64,000 nt of DNA from an uncultured delta proteobacterium (GTDB taxonomy: Bacteria; Desulfobacterota; Binatia; UBA9968). Position numbers and translations under genes: made by a program. The notes below the pieces were generated by a model. That model searched no databases. It saw nothing but the letters and a program-made list of their open reading frames with translations, and was not told where the DNA came from. The stretch is taken from positions 994,754-1,058,753 of the forward strand of contig CAVUVW010000014.1 in assembly GCA_963745035.1 (NCBI GenBank), written 5' to 3'. Shown piece after piece: positions 29,339-40,171 of the stretch; within the stretch, counting starts at the first letter, position 1, and every line of letters starts with the position of its first letter.

Positions 29339-30281
29339 ATGAAAGTCAGACCGAAGCGAAAACCGATCAAATGGCCGGACGGCGCGCGCATCGCGATCAC
29401 GCCGTGCGTGGCCTTTGAGACTTGGCCCGAAGATCTCGGCGGGCCGAACACGTTGCAACAGGAGAATCGGCGCAGCTTCCCGCGAAACGCAGTCACGAAA
29501 CGAAACCTGGCGATCATTACCGATCGTGAGTTCGGCGAACGGGTCGGCATCTATCGCATGCTGGAAATCTTCGAGCAGGAAAAAATTCAAACAAGCTTTT
29601 TTCCCACGGGGATCACCGTGCAGAACTATCCGGAGATTTTTCAAAGAGATCGCCGAGCAGGGACATGAAGTCGGCACGGAAACATGGATCCACGACTACA
29701 GCTACATGAAGAAACGCGAGAAGGAGAAGAAGGACCTGCAGAAAACCGTCGATGCGGTGAAAAAAGTCGTCGGCAAAGCGCCGGTCGGCTATCTTTCCAC
29801 CGGTGTGGCGCCGAGTGCCTCGACCCCGGAAGTCATTACGGAGCTAGGTTACACGTACTGGATGGATCCGCAGCATCAGGAAACGCCGTACACGCTGAAG
29901 GTCAAGAACAAGGAACTGACCGTGCTCTCGTATTTTCAAGACTTGAACGACTATTCCAGCTATCAACGCGCCGGGCGGACGCCGCGCGACATGCTGCAGA
30001 TGTGGAAGGATTGCTTCGATTGTCTGTACGAAGAAGGCGATAGGGATCCGAAGTTCATGATGTGGGGCAATCATCCCTTCGTGGGCGGACGGCCGTTCCG
30101 CGCGCTCTTGCTGCGCGAATTCATCCGCTACGCCAAGAGCCACGGTAAGGTCTGGTTCGCGACGGCGGGCGACATCGCCAAGTGGTTCCGGGAGAATTAT
30201 CGCGACGCGCAGGTGGAAGAGTGGCCGAATTTCGCCCACGCCGGGCGCCAGGGGAAAGTCAGCGATTTGGCGAAGCTGTAA
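29339..30281 (+). CDS. Polysaccharide deacetylase / PuuE-like protein (frameshift in T-run ~29640)
   Basis: WPDGARIA, FGERVG..R, GHEVG, HPFVGGRP.R. Confidence 0.8.
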
Positions 30282-30329
30282 AAAGAGTCTAGGGAGTTCG
30301 CTGCGCCTCAGAACAGAACGAAGACTGCA

Positions 30330-31499
30330 TTGGCAAAGAATAAATCGCACGAGGACGAGATCCGCGCGGGTCTGGCGACGCTTCGCGAATCGGGAGTAGC
30401 GCTCGATGGGCCGGCGACGGAGCTCGTGCCTCGTCTCATGGCCGAGGTCGGAAAGAGCCGAGCCACCGATCTGGCGGTGATCTTCACGCTAGGAAAAACC
30501 TTCGATCCGGCGGCGCTCGAGGCGCTCGTCGAGATCGAGAGGCAAACAAGCGACAAGGCAATCAAGAAGGAAATCAAGCGCGCGCTGTTCAAGCTTTCGC
30601 AAAAGGGCTTCGCCACGCCCGAGCCAAAGCCCGAGGAGACCGAACCGGCGGTGTCGTTATTCGGCGCAGAGCCGGATATCGAAGCCTTTATGTCTGCCGT
30701 CGATGGCGGCGGCGGACGCTTGATCTGGATCACCAAGGCGCAACCGAGCCACGGCCTGCAAGTGATGCAAGCGATGCTGCACGATCGGGAAGGGCTCCTT
30801 CGTTTCGGCGGCATGCACATGCGCCGCAAAGAACTGCGCAAGATGGCCGATGAGATCAAGCAACAACACGGCGTCACCATGATCGCCGTTCCCTGGGCGT
30901 ACGCGGATCAAGTGATTTACGAAGGCTACGAGAAAGCCAAGGCGCGCGGACAGAGCGGCCTGGAGAATTTTCACGAAATTCGCTCGATCCTCGGCGCCGG
31001 CAAGCCGAAAGAGACGGCGCACCCGATCTATGCCAAGCTGAACGCCGAGCAGGTAAGAGACGGCGCCTGGCGCGAGCAATCGCGGCGGCTGCTCGACGAG
31101 CCCGAATTGCGCTATTGGATTCTGACCGATGACTGGGTGCAGGCCTTTCTGCCACAACTCCAGGAAGCGCAGACGAGCCGGCTCGTGCTCAATCCGCTGC
31201 AAAAAGAGGAGCGCTTCAACGCCATCGTGCGCGAGGCGGTGAAAACGCTGTGCTCAGACGAAAGCGGCCAGGCGTTCAAACGGCGCATGGAAGATATGGC
31301 GCTCTATTTCTTCGATACGAATCGAGCGGACCTGGCGAAGCTCTCGCTGGCCGTCGCTCTGCAAGTCGGCGAGGGCGACCCTGGTCCGCTGGACGTTTCC
31401 TTTCTCACCGGGCTCATGCAGAAAAGCTTCGCGTTTTTCATGTCGCAGGAAAAAGCCAAGAAGGAAGAAGAGCGGGAATCGCTGATCATCAAGCCGTAA
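30330..31499 (+). CDS. Hypothetical helical protein (HEAT-like N-terminus)
   Basis: KKEIKRALFKLSQKG segment, SLIIKP C-terminus; 389-aa ORF. Confidence 0.75.
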   Translation: MAKNKSHEDEIRAGLATLRESGVALDGPATELVPRLMAEVGKSRATDLAVIFTLGKTFDPAALEALVEIERQTSDKAIKKEIKRALFKLSQKGFATPEPKPEETEPAVSLFGAEPDIEAFMSAVDGGGGRLIWITKAQPSHGLQVMQAMLHDREGLLRFGGMHMRRKELRKMADEIKQQHGVTMIAVPWAYADQVIYEGYEKAKARGQSGLENFHEIRSILGAGKPKETAHPIYAKLNAEQVRDGAWREQSRRLLDEPELRYWILTDDWVQAFLPQLQEAQTSRLVLNPLQKEERFNAIVREAVKTLCSDESGQAFKRRMEDMALYFFDTNRADLAKLSLAVALQVGEGDPGPLDVSFLTGLMQKSFAFFMSQEKAKKEEERESLIIKP

Positions 31500-31975
31500 C
31501 TCGGACAGGCGCCTGCGCGCCCGTTGAAAAGCGGCTCTTCTCCCACGGCCGTGGATGATGTGGGCGTGGATGTCCATGATTGGCATGGTTTGATCGTTCC
31601 TCGTTCCTGGCTCTGCAGCGAAGAGCGATGCTCAAGCAAAGAAGAACGGCCGCGACCAGATAGCTGTCCGCGAAAAGTAAATTCATTTCCTAAGTAATAA
31701 CCCTTCCAGCGCGCCAAAAATTAAAGTCTCAGCATGGCGTAGCCCTACCCTGCGCCTAACCGAATTCGAGGTGGTTCTTTCCTCGGGCAGATATAAAAAG
31801 CCGCATTTGATTTTTATTACAGAAGAACGGTGTTTCTGAATCAATTGAGCGCGCCGACCGGCGCTAACTTGAAAATCGCTGCTTCGCTCTCTAGAGTCGA
31901 CTTTCATTCATTTTCTCCGTATTCACCATCATGCCCCGACTAAGCGAGAAATATCGGCTCGTGCTCAGGAGATCT

Positions 31976-32476
31976 ATGGACACCTCGACCATCGTCATGA
32001 TGGCGGCGGCGGCAGTCATGCTCGCTGCTGTCTATTATCAATCGCCGGCCGCCGCCTCCGCGGGCGTCAATGCGACAGTATCGCTGATTCTCGAAATCAC
32101 CCCACGCATGATCGCCGCATTTACCTTGGCAGGGTTATTTCAGGCCGTCGTGCCGCAAGAAGTGATCGTGCGTTGGATGGGCCATGGCTCGGGCGCGAAG
32201 GGCCTTTTGATCGGCATGACTCTGGGCGGCATCACACCGGGCGGGCCGATGACCCACTTTCCCGTGATTGCCTCGCTTTTCAAGATGGGCGTCGGCGTCG
32301 GCCCGCTGGTGGCCTATTTAAGCGCCTGGTCGCTGTTTGGTCTGCAAAGGGTCATCATGTGGGAGATTCCCTTTTTGGGGCCGAAGGTCGTAGCCCTTCG
32401 AATTGCCGTGAGTTTTTTCTTCCCCCTGCTCGCGGGCTGGCTTTGTGAGTGGCTCTGGGATAAAGTCGGCGTCTAA
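31976..32476 (+). CDS. Permease half (ArsP/DUF318-like)
   Basis: Multi-TM, GGITPGGP, WEIPFLG. Confidence 0.75.
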   Translation: MDTSTIVMMAAAAVMLAAVYYQSPAAASAGVNATVSLILEITPRMIAAFTLAGLFQAVVPQEVIVRWMGHGSGAKGLLIGMTLGGITPGGPMTHFPVIASLFKMGVGVGPLVAYLSAWSLFGLQRVIMWEIPFLGPKVVALRIAVSFFFPLLAGWLCEWLWDKVGV

Positions 32477-32481
32477 CGAGT

Positions 32482-33753
32482 ATGAAGCGGCGAGAGTTTT
32501 TGAAAGTGCTCGGTCTAACCGGGCTCGGTGGACTAGGGCAGTTCGGCTGCGCTTCGACGATCCTTCAATCCCACAAGGACACGGGATTGACCCATTGTTA
32601 CGTCTGCGGCGAGGTCACCGACGACAGTGCTCTGGTTTGGTTGCGCGGGGAACCGGGGAGCCGAGCGGCGTTGCACTACGGCAGGGACCCCAAGTTCGCG
32701 GAATTCGCCTCCACAGAGGCGGTCACCGTTGATCCTCAAGCCGACTCGACCGCGATCATTCCTCTCGATGACCTGGAACCGGCAACACGCTACTATTACC
32801 GCGCGCTGGTAGCGGGCAAGAAGCCCGGGCCGGTCGCAACCTTCGTGACCGCCCCCAGGCCCGATGAGAACGCGAAAGTGAGCTTTTGCTTCAGCGGCGA
32901 CATGCGCGACAGCTACAAGCCGTTTACGGTGATGAACGCCGTCCATTTTCAGCGTCCCGATTTCTTCATGCATTTAGGCGATACGATATACGCCGACATC
33001 AACGGCGTGGCGCGCCAGCTTCCTGAATTTTGGGCCAAGTACCGGCGTAACCGCGAGGACTTGTCGAGTGAGGGATGTTATTGCGCGACCAGTATCTACG
33101 CGACCTGGGACGATCATGAGGTGGTCAACGACTTCGGGCCGGGCCATCATCTAGCGCCGATCGGGCGCAAGGCATTTCTCGACTACTGGCCGATACGCCA
33201 CCGCGAAGGCGAAGGGGACCGCATCTATCGCTCGTTCCGCTGGGGGCAAGCCGCGGAGATCTTCATCCTGGACGTGCGCCAGTATCGTAACGCCGCCAAG
33301 AACACCATGCTGGGCGCAATGCAAAAGCGTTGGCTTTTTGATTCTCTCGCACGCTCATCGGCTACGTTTAAATTCATCGCCACTCCCGTGCCGATGGTCG
33401 GCGGCGGATTGGACCGCTGGGACGGTTATCCGAAAGAACGGCAAGAACTTTTTAGCTTTATCAAAGAGAAAAAAATCGGCGGCGTAGTTTTTCTAAGCGC
33501 CGACCTGCACTACGCTGCGATCAGTAAAATCCCGAACTCGGGCGGCCTCAAGGATATTACCGCGGGACCGATCGGCGCTCCGGTCAATCGGATCACCAAC
33601 GGCACGGCGTCGCGCTTCGAATATTTCCTCGCCGAGAATTTCAACTTCGCAAAGATCACCATCGACCCCAAGAACGACCCGCGTAAAGCAATGGTCGAAT
33701 TTATCGACCAGGATAACCAGGTTTTTCATAGTTCCACGCTGCGCGCCGGTTGA
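32482..33753 (+). CDS. PhoD-like alkaline phosphatase (Tat/lipoprotein)
   Basis: KRREFLK, HLGDTIYAD, WDDHEV, LSADLH. Confidence 0.9.
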   Translation: MKRREFLKVLGLTGLGGLGQFGCASTILQSHKDTGLTHCYVCGEVTDDSALVWLRGEPGSRAALHYGRDPKFAEFASTEAVTVDPQADSTAIIPLDDLEPATRYYYRALVAGKKPGPVATFVTAPRPDENAKVSFCFSGDMRDSYKPFTVMNAVHFQRPDFFMHLGDTIYADINGVARQLPEFWAKYRRNREDLSSEGCYCATSIYATWDDHEVVNDFGPGHHLAPIGRKAFLDYWPIRHREGEGDRIYRSFRWGQAAEIFILDVRQYRNAAKNTMLGAMQKRWLFDSLARSSATFKFIATPVPMVGGGLDRWDGYPKERQELFSFIKEKKIGGVVFLSADLHYAAISKIPNSGGLKDITAGPIGAPVNRITNGTASRFEYFLAENFNFAKITIDPKNDPRKAMVEFIDQDNQVFHSSTLRAG

Positions 33754-33809
33754 TTTCAATGTGTGTTCGCGTTTTTGCGGACGCCAAACCCTACCCAAAA
33801 TGCACAATT

Positions 33810-33854
33810 GAGAGGGATCTAAAAGAGATTTCTCTCTTCGTTCGAAATGACAAC
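33810..33854. repeat. REP-like element
   Basis: Near copy of 4322-4364. Confidence 0.6.
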
Positions 33855-33903
33855 CCGTCCTTGTGCGAGGTAGTCGGGGCTTGCGGATCTTATTGCGGAC
33901 TTA

Positions 33904-34878
33904 CTACGCCTTGCGGCGGTGCTGTAGGGCTTCGGGATTCAGCGCGCGGGTGAGCTTGCCGTCCATGTAGTCGAGGATGTTGGTCACGGCATTTTCGGCA
34001 AAATGTCCGAAACTCAGATCCGTCGGCCAGCCAAGATGCGGCGCCAGCACGACGTTGTCGAGCTCGATCAAAGGATGATTCTTGGGCAACGGTTCTTCGA
34101 CAAAGACATCCAACGCCGCGCCGGCGATGGCATTTTCCTTCAACAGTTTGACCAGCGCGATTTCGTCGACGATGGCGCCGCGCGCGGTGTTGACCAGGTA
34201 AGCCGACTTCTTCATCAGCCGCAGGCGTGTCTCGTCAAGTAAGTTTCTGCTCTGATCGGAGAGCGCCAAGTGCACGGAGACCACATCGGCGGTGCGAAGA
34301 ACGTCTTCTAGCGGCATGAACGTCACGTCTGATTTCGCCGCGCGTTCGGTAGTCAAGGTCGGCCCCCAAGCGATGACCTTCATGCCGAAGGCTCGCGCGA
34401 TGGCCGCGACTTCGGTGCCGATTCTTCCGAGGCCCAAGATGCCCAAGGTCTTGTCCTTCAGCACGTAGCCGAGCACGAGCGGCCATTCGTTGCGCCGCAT
34501 CGCCCGGTCGCTCTGCGGGATGCGGCGCATGATCGCGAGCATCAGACCGATGGTGAGCTCCGTTGTGCTGTTGCCGCCGGGTGCCAGGCTCACGACGATT
34601 CCCCGTTTGGTCGCCGCATCCATGTCGATGTGGTAGGCGTGGTTGCCGGTCTGAGAGATAAATTCAAGAGCCGGCAGGGCGCGCAGCAGCGACGCGGTAA
34701 ACTTGGTGCGTTCGCGCACGGGAATGATGGCCGGGGAATCTTTGAGCGCTTCGATTACCGCTGCTTCCGACGGGAGCTTTTCGGTAAGGATACGAACGTC
34801 CGCCTTCCGGCGCAGGCGCTGGATCGCTTCGGTAGCCTGAAAAGCGCGTTGGTAGTCGTCGAGAACAACAACTTTCAT
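33904..34878 (-). CDS. D-2-hydroxyacid dehydrogenase family
   Basis: GLGRIG, NTARG, DVF..EP, PHLG. Confidence 0.92.
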   Translation of the reverse strand: MKVVVLDDYQRAFQATEAIQRLRRKADVRILTEKLPSEAAVIEALKDSPAIIPVRERTKFTASLLRALPALEFISQTGNHAYHIDMDAATKRGIVVSLAPGGNSTTELTIGLMLAIMRRIPQSDRAMRRNEWPLVLGYVLKDKTLGILGLGRIGTEVAAIARAFGMKVIAWGPTLTTERAAKSDVTFMPLEDVLRTADVVSVHLALSDQSRNLLDETRLRLMKKSAYLVNTARGAIVDEIALVKLLKENAIAGAALDVFVEEPLPKNHPLIELDNVVLAPHLGWPTDLSFGHFAENAVTNILDYMDGKLTRALNPEALQHRRKA

Positions 34879-35267
34879 TTGATGACGGCGATGCCGGCGA
34901 TCTCGATCAGATAGTCGGGATGGGCCAGCCCTTTGACGATCACCAGAGTGCTTGTCGGCGGATCTTTCTTGTAGAGGCCCCGGCGCACTTCGTTGTAGCC
35001 CTCGCGATACTCCCGGTCGAGAATGTAGGTCGTCGTCATCACCAAATCGTCGATGGTGCCGCCGGCTGCCTTGAGCACGGCCTTGAGATTGGCAAAAACC
35101 TGCTCGGTTTGCGCTTTGATATCGCCTTTGCCGACGACGTTGCCGTCCTTATCGGACGCAGTTTGGCCGGCGATAAAAAGCAGCTTGCCGCCCTGATTGA
35201 GAATGCCGTGGGTGTAGCGCGGCCGCGGGTCGTTCAGGGTTTTCGGTTGTATGGTTTTGCGCGGCAT
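34875..35267 (-). CDS. RidA/YjgF family
   Basis: LFIAGQ, PTSTLV, LIEI. Confidence 0.9.
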   Translation of the reverse strand: MPRKTIQPKTLNDPRPRYTHGILNQGGKLLFIAGQTASDKDGNVVGKGDIKAQTEQVFANLKAVLKAAGGTIDDLVMTTTYILDREYREGYNEVRRGLYKKDPPTSTLVIVKGLAHPDYLIEIAGIAVIK

Positions 35268-35293
35268 GGTTCCTCCTGTGGGTTAAGTCAAAT

Positions 35294-35375
35294 TGGAGTA
35301 CTGGAGTAATGGAGTATAGGAGTGTTGGGTCCGGAAAACCCAGCACTCCATTGCTCCAACACTCCATCACTCCAA
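35294..35375. repeat. Inverted octamer repeat (TGGAGTA / ACTCCA)
   Basis: Tandem TGGAGTAN arm and inverse arm; second copy at 45712-45797. Confidence 0.85.
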
Positions 35376-35381
35376 CTCGAG

Positions 35382-36380
35382 TCATTTTACCGGGTACCTC
35401 TTCGCCATTTCGTTGAAGAAACCTTCTTTCTCAAGTTCCTGCAAAAAACTCAAGTCCACGAATTGCTCGGGTTTGAAGTTCTTGGCTTGGGGCAGGGCCG
35501 GTGTCAGCACGTCGAGCATGAACTGGATGCCTTTGAGCGTGGGATAGGGCTTTTTGGGAATCGATTTGACGTAGCCGTTGTAGGAATCTTCGAGCACGTC
35601 GGGATTGTTCGTGCGCATGTATTTGGCGAAGACCTTCTGGGTCTCCTTCTTGTTGGCGTAGACGAAATAGATCGCTTCGACGAAACCTTTGAGGGCATTC
35701 TTCACCGTGTCGCGGTTGCTCGCGATATAGGCGCGCGAGGTAGCGAAGCCGTTGCCTTGCACTTCGACGCCGAGATCGCCGACCGAGACAATTTCCGTCA
35801 GGCCCGCTTTGCGCGCCAGCGGCGCGGCCGAAGTCGCGACGTAGGTGGCGTCGAGCACGCCGGTGGTGACGCTGGCGATGCGCTCGGTGTCGAGGCCGGC
35901 TGGGATGAGCGTCAATTCCTTTATATCGGCGTTAATGTGCCGGGCGACGATGATCGAGGCGTAGTGGGTCGCCGAATTGAAGCCGGTGATGCCAATGCGC
36001 TTGCCCTTGAGCTGTTCCAATTGGGTGATGCCGGACCGGGTGAAAACGATTAGATCATACTTATTTTCCACCGCGGCGACGAGGACGACGTTGTGGCCCT
36101 GAATCGTCGCCTGGACCACGGTGCCGATATTGACGATGGGCGGATCGCCGCTGACGAGCGCCTGGGTCGCCACCTGTCCGCCACGAAACAAGATGGGCTC
36201 GACTTCGAGGCCATATTTGTTGAACAGCCCCATCTCGCGGGCGACCCACACGTTACTTTGCCGGAAACTTAGCGAGGGATAACCGATCTTGATCTTCTTT
36301 AAGGTCTGGGCGGCGGCGATCTCGACTGCGATGCCCTGCCAAAGAAGCAGTAGGAGGAAAGGGAACGATAGCTTCATCAT
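35382..36380 (-). CDS. ABC substrate-binding protein (NMT1-like), paralog A
   Basis: Signal peptide, GYPSLSFRQS, KPYPT. Confidence 0.9.
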   Translation of the reverse strand: MMKLSFPFLLLLLWQGIAVEIAAAQTLKKIKIGYPSLSFRQSNVWVAREMGLFNKYGLEVEPILFRGGQVATQALVSGDPPIVNIGTVVQATIQGHNVVLVAAVENKYDLIVFTRSGITQLEQLKGKRIGITGFNSATHYASIIVARHINADIKELTLIPAGLDTERIASVTTGVLDATYVATSAAPLARKAGLTEIVSVGDLGVEVQGNGFATSRAYIASNRDTVKNALKGFVEAIYFVYANKKETQKVFAKYMRTNNPDVLEDSYNGYVKSIPKKPYPTLKGIQFMLDVLTPALPQAKNFKPEQFVDLSFLQELEKEGFFNEMAKRYPVK

Positions 36381-36447
36381 GTGCGCTCCGAAATTTTCCT
36401 CAAACGATTTGAACGTTTTGAACGGCTTGAACTGTTTGAACAAATCT

Positions 36448-37449
36448 CTATTTGCTCGGATACCTCTTTGCCATCTCGTTGAAGAACCCTTCCTTCTCCA
36501 GTTCCTGTAGAAAGCTCAAATCGACGAACTGCTCGGGCTTGGCGTTTTTTGCCTGCGGTAACTGCGGCGCGACCATATCCAACATGAACTGAATGCCCTT
36601 GAGCGTGGGGTAGGGCTTCTTGGGGATCCACTTGATGTAGCCATTGTAAGAGTCTTCAAGGATCTCGGGGTCGTTGGTGCGCATATATTTGGCGAAGACT
36701 TTTTGCGCTTCCTTCTTGTTCGCGTAGACGAAATAGATCGCTTCGACGAAGCCTTTGAGCGCGTTTTTCACGGTGTCGCGGTTACCGGCGATGTAGGAGC
36801 GCGATGTCGCAAAGCCGTTGCCTTGGACCTCGACACCCAAATCCGCGAGGTGGAGCAGCTCGGTAAAACCAGCCTTTCGCGCCGGCGCAGAAGCGGAAGA
36901 AGTGAAAAACGTCGCGTCGATCCGGTTTGCGATCATGGCGCCGAAACGCTCCGCGTCAGGTCCCGCCGGTACGAGTGCGACGTCCTTGTTGATTTCTATG
37001 TTGAGGTGCTTGAACAGAATAGTCGCCGCATTGTGGGTCGCCGAGCCAAAGCCGCTGATGCCAAACTTCTTGCCTTTGAGCTCTTCGAGCTTGTTGATGC
37101 CCTTGCGAGCGAAGACGATCTGATCGTAGGTCGTTTCCACGGCGGCCACCAACACCAGGTTATAACCTTGCAAGCTTGCCTGCACCACGGTGCCGATGTT
37201 GACGATCGGAGGATCGCCGGCCACCAGCGCTTGGGTGGCCATTTGTCCACCGCGCAAAAAGATCGGCTCGACTTCCAGGCCGTACTTGTCGAACAATTTC
37301 ATTTCCCTTGCGACCCAGACATTGGATTGGCGAAAACTCAGGGACGGATAGCCGATGCGAATTTTCTTGAGTGTTTGGGCGTTACCGGGGTTTGGTCCCA
37401 AGCCGAAAAAGATCATGCTTGCGCATAGAATCGTGAGAATACCTGTCAT
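36448..37449 (-). CDS. ABC substrate-binding protein (NMT1-like), paralog B
   Basis: Long identical stretches with paralog A. Confidence 0.9.
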   Translation of the reverse strand: MTGILTILCASMIFFGLGPNPGNAQTLKKIRIGYPSLSFRQSNVWVAREMKLFDKYGLEVEPIFLRGGQMATQALVAGDPPIVNIGTVVQASLQGYNLVLVAAVETTYDQIVFARKGINKLEELKGKKFGISGFGSATHNAATILFKHLNIEINKDVALVPAGPDAERFGAMIANRIDATFFTSSASAPARKAGFTELLHLADLGVEVQGNGFATSRSYIAGNRDTVKNALKGFVEAIYFVYANKKEAQKVFAKYMRTNDPEILEDSYNGYIKWIPKKPYPTLKGIQFMLDMVAPQLPQAKNAKPEQFVDLSFLQELEKEGFFNEMAKRYPSK

Positions 37450-37664
37450 CGAGAATACCTTCCTGTCTTGACAATTGCCGGAGTCCAATTTGCTGAGGCT
37501 GTCACGCTTCTTGATAAAGCCGCCGCACATGGTCGTCGCCGGCGCAACATTCCTTCCTGGTAGATTTAAGAAAATGAGGAAAGGAGTCTTAGATCAGCCG
37601 GACGGCGAAAACGGATAGAAGCCTCGCAAGAGTTCTTTCCGGAGCAAACGATGTGCTCCTTTGA

Positions 37665-40171
37665 TCAGCGATAGAGTTCGGGATCGGCGCCGCTCGCGGC
37701 GCCGGTGTGGATTCTCGGATAGAGCGAGATCCCGCCGGGACGACCTTGTATCATAAAATCGACGGGAATAAAGCCCTCCAAGAGCGGCATCGGCAGTTGC
37801 ACGCCGCCGTAAGGGCTGCGGCTGTCGCCGCCGATGGCGAGCGCGCTGCCCCATAGCCCGGTGGGAAGCGCGCCGGTCATGCTGAAGCGGCTGGCGGAAA
37901 TACTGCCCTGGATCGGCGGCAATTTATACTTGCTGCCGGGGTCGCGCTCGTTTTCGGTGAGCAGCTCGACATCCAAGACGCGGCGATAACTGCCGCCCGC
38001 TTCGCGGATCAAGGTGAACGTCGCATCTTCGCCGCGTTCCTCGGCGTTTGCCGCGCGCCGCTCGCGGTCGCCTTCGACGATCGCGGTCGGGCAGATTCTT
38101 GATGCCGCCGATGCTGTCCTTGGCGCGCTGGTTGACGTCGGACATGGCGACTTGCAGGTTCTTCTCCCGCACCGTGACGAAAAATCGATCCGCGGTCGGC
38201 TTGGCGACGCGATAGCTTTGGCTGCGCACGCCCCAGGGCGTTTGATAGTAGACCAAGAGCTCGTTGTCGCCGAGCAGGTTGACGCCCCGGTCGGCGATTT
38301 CCATGTTTCGCGGGTTGCCGTCGAAGAGCGACGCCTTGAGGCCGAGGCCGCGCGGGCCGAACAACTCCGGATGCTCGAGCAAAAACTTTTTGCTCATGCG
38401 CATGCCCTGGTTTTCGTCCTTGGCGAGCTCGGCGAGTTTTCGTATCGCTTCGGCGGCGGTCGCACTGTCGGGATTCTGATCCACAGCCTGGGTCAGATAA
38501 TATTCGCGCGTGCCGCGATTCGGAGCTCTTGCTCGCCGAATGGAGGTATGCCCTGGCCGATTTCTCCTTGAGCGCGTCGATTTTTTCCTTGGGCGAACCG
38601 GCCAGTTGGTGGTAGTCGATCGCTTTGGGAAACATGCCGCGCTCTTCGAAGGCTTGGGCGAGGACCTTGTAAACGTCCGCGGCGTTCTCCGCATTGGGGT
38701 GGCTGCGCACGTACGCGACGCCCGCGTCGATCACCGGTTGGGCTGAGACCGGGTTGCTCGTCACGACCTGATAAAAATTATTGGTCACCATCATGGCGTT
38801 GACCATGCCGAGCGCCGTGGCCGCCGCCGGTCCGCCCGCCGCCATCGCGCCCGCGGCAAAGAGCAGGTTCTTTCGAAGAAAGTCTTCGCCGAGTAAAACG
38901 TATTTTACGGATTGCAGCTGGCGATCGGAGCGCGCGGCGTGAAACGGCGCGAGCAAATTATATTCGGGGCTTTGCAGCAGCGCGTGGGCGCGCTTCCTGG
39001 TTTCGGCATCGGTTGACGACTGCGCTATCTGCTCGATGACTTTCTTTGCCGCCTCGCGCCATCCCTTCATTTCCAAAGCAACCGCTTCCGCGTCGCGCGC
39101 GTCGTCGGCCAGCGGTTTTCCCTGATATTTTTTCTCCATGTCGATGGCGACCCGCTGCAGGTGGTTGCTATCGCGCAGGCTCAGCGCTTCGAGTAATCGC
39201 TCGACGTCGGCCTGCTGCTCGGCGCCGGCGTTGGGTTCCGCACCCGCGGCGAGCGCGTTTTTTCGCGCATCTTCAAGGTCCCGCAGCGCTTTGACCGCCT
39301 GCCGGCGGGTCTCCTCGAACTGCTTTGATTTGGGCTCGATGAACGAGGCCATCTCGACGTAAAACAGCGCCTTTTCCGCCTCGCCCTTGGCGAGCGCTTC
39401 GTCCGCTTTCGCCATTTGCTTGCGCGTCAACGCCGCGCGTTTCTTTTTGTCGAGAGACTCGACCTGTTTGCGGATCGCGGCGTTGCGCGGATCGTCGGGA
39501 AAGCGCTTCAGGTGGTCGAGATCGCGCGCCAGCGCGCGCCGCTCTTCGATCGGCATGTCGCGATCGAGGAGCGCGTAGAGCTGGGCGATGGTGGTCTCGG
39601 CGGCGGCGCCGATATAGTTGCCCGAGGCGACGCCGACGAGGTCGACCGAGCCGAGCACTCGGTTGAACATGCCGCCCCAAAAATTTGTCGAGCTTTGGCG
39701 CATCAAGCGTTCCGACTGGACGGCGTCGTCGTGGTTGACGATCGCCTCGAGATATTTCTTGCGTTCCGGCGTAGATGCTTTCTTGATCGCTTCTTTTTGC
39801 GCCGCGATGTAGCGTTCGCGGTCATTCAGCGTGTTGTTCGATAGATCCTGGGCGTGCTCGGCCAAGCCCGTGCTCGCGCCGCGCTGTTTGTTGAGCTCGG
39901 CGTCCTGGCTTTTGAAAAACTGGACGTGGTCGGCGAGGCCGTCGTTGCGCTGGGTCAAAGCGTCGATCAGCAGGGCCCGCGCGCGTCGATCGACTTCATC
40001 GGGGAAAAATTTTGGCGGCGTCGCGCCGGCGGCCTCGAACGGATCGTAGTCGGCCACCGGGTTGAGAATCTTTTCCAGCGGGAGTTCTTGGGCGTGGGAT
40101 GCGAATACAACCAGGAGCAGCACAGCCGGCGTCAAAAGGCCGGCAGCAATCGAGAAAGATTTTCGTCTCAT
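37665..40171 (-). CDS. Large exported helical/TPR-like protein (frameshifts ~38540 and ~38085)
   Basis: Three overlapping ORF segments (38009, 37924, 37665) read as one protein with a signal peptide. Confidence 0.7.
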
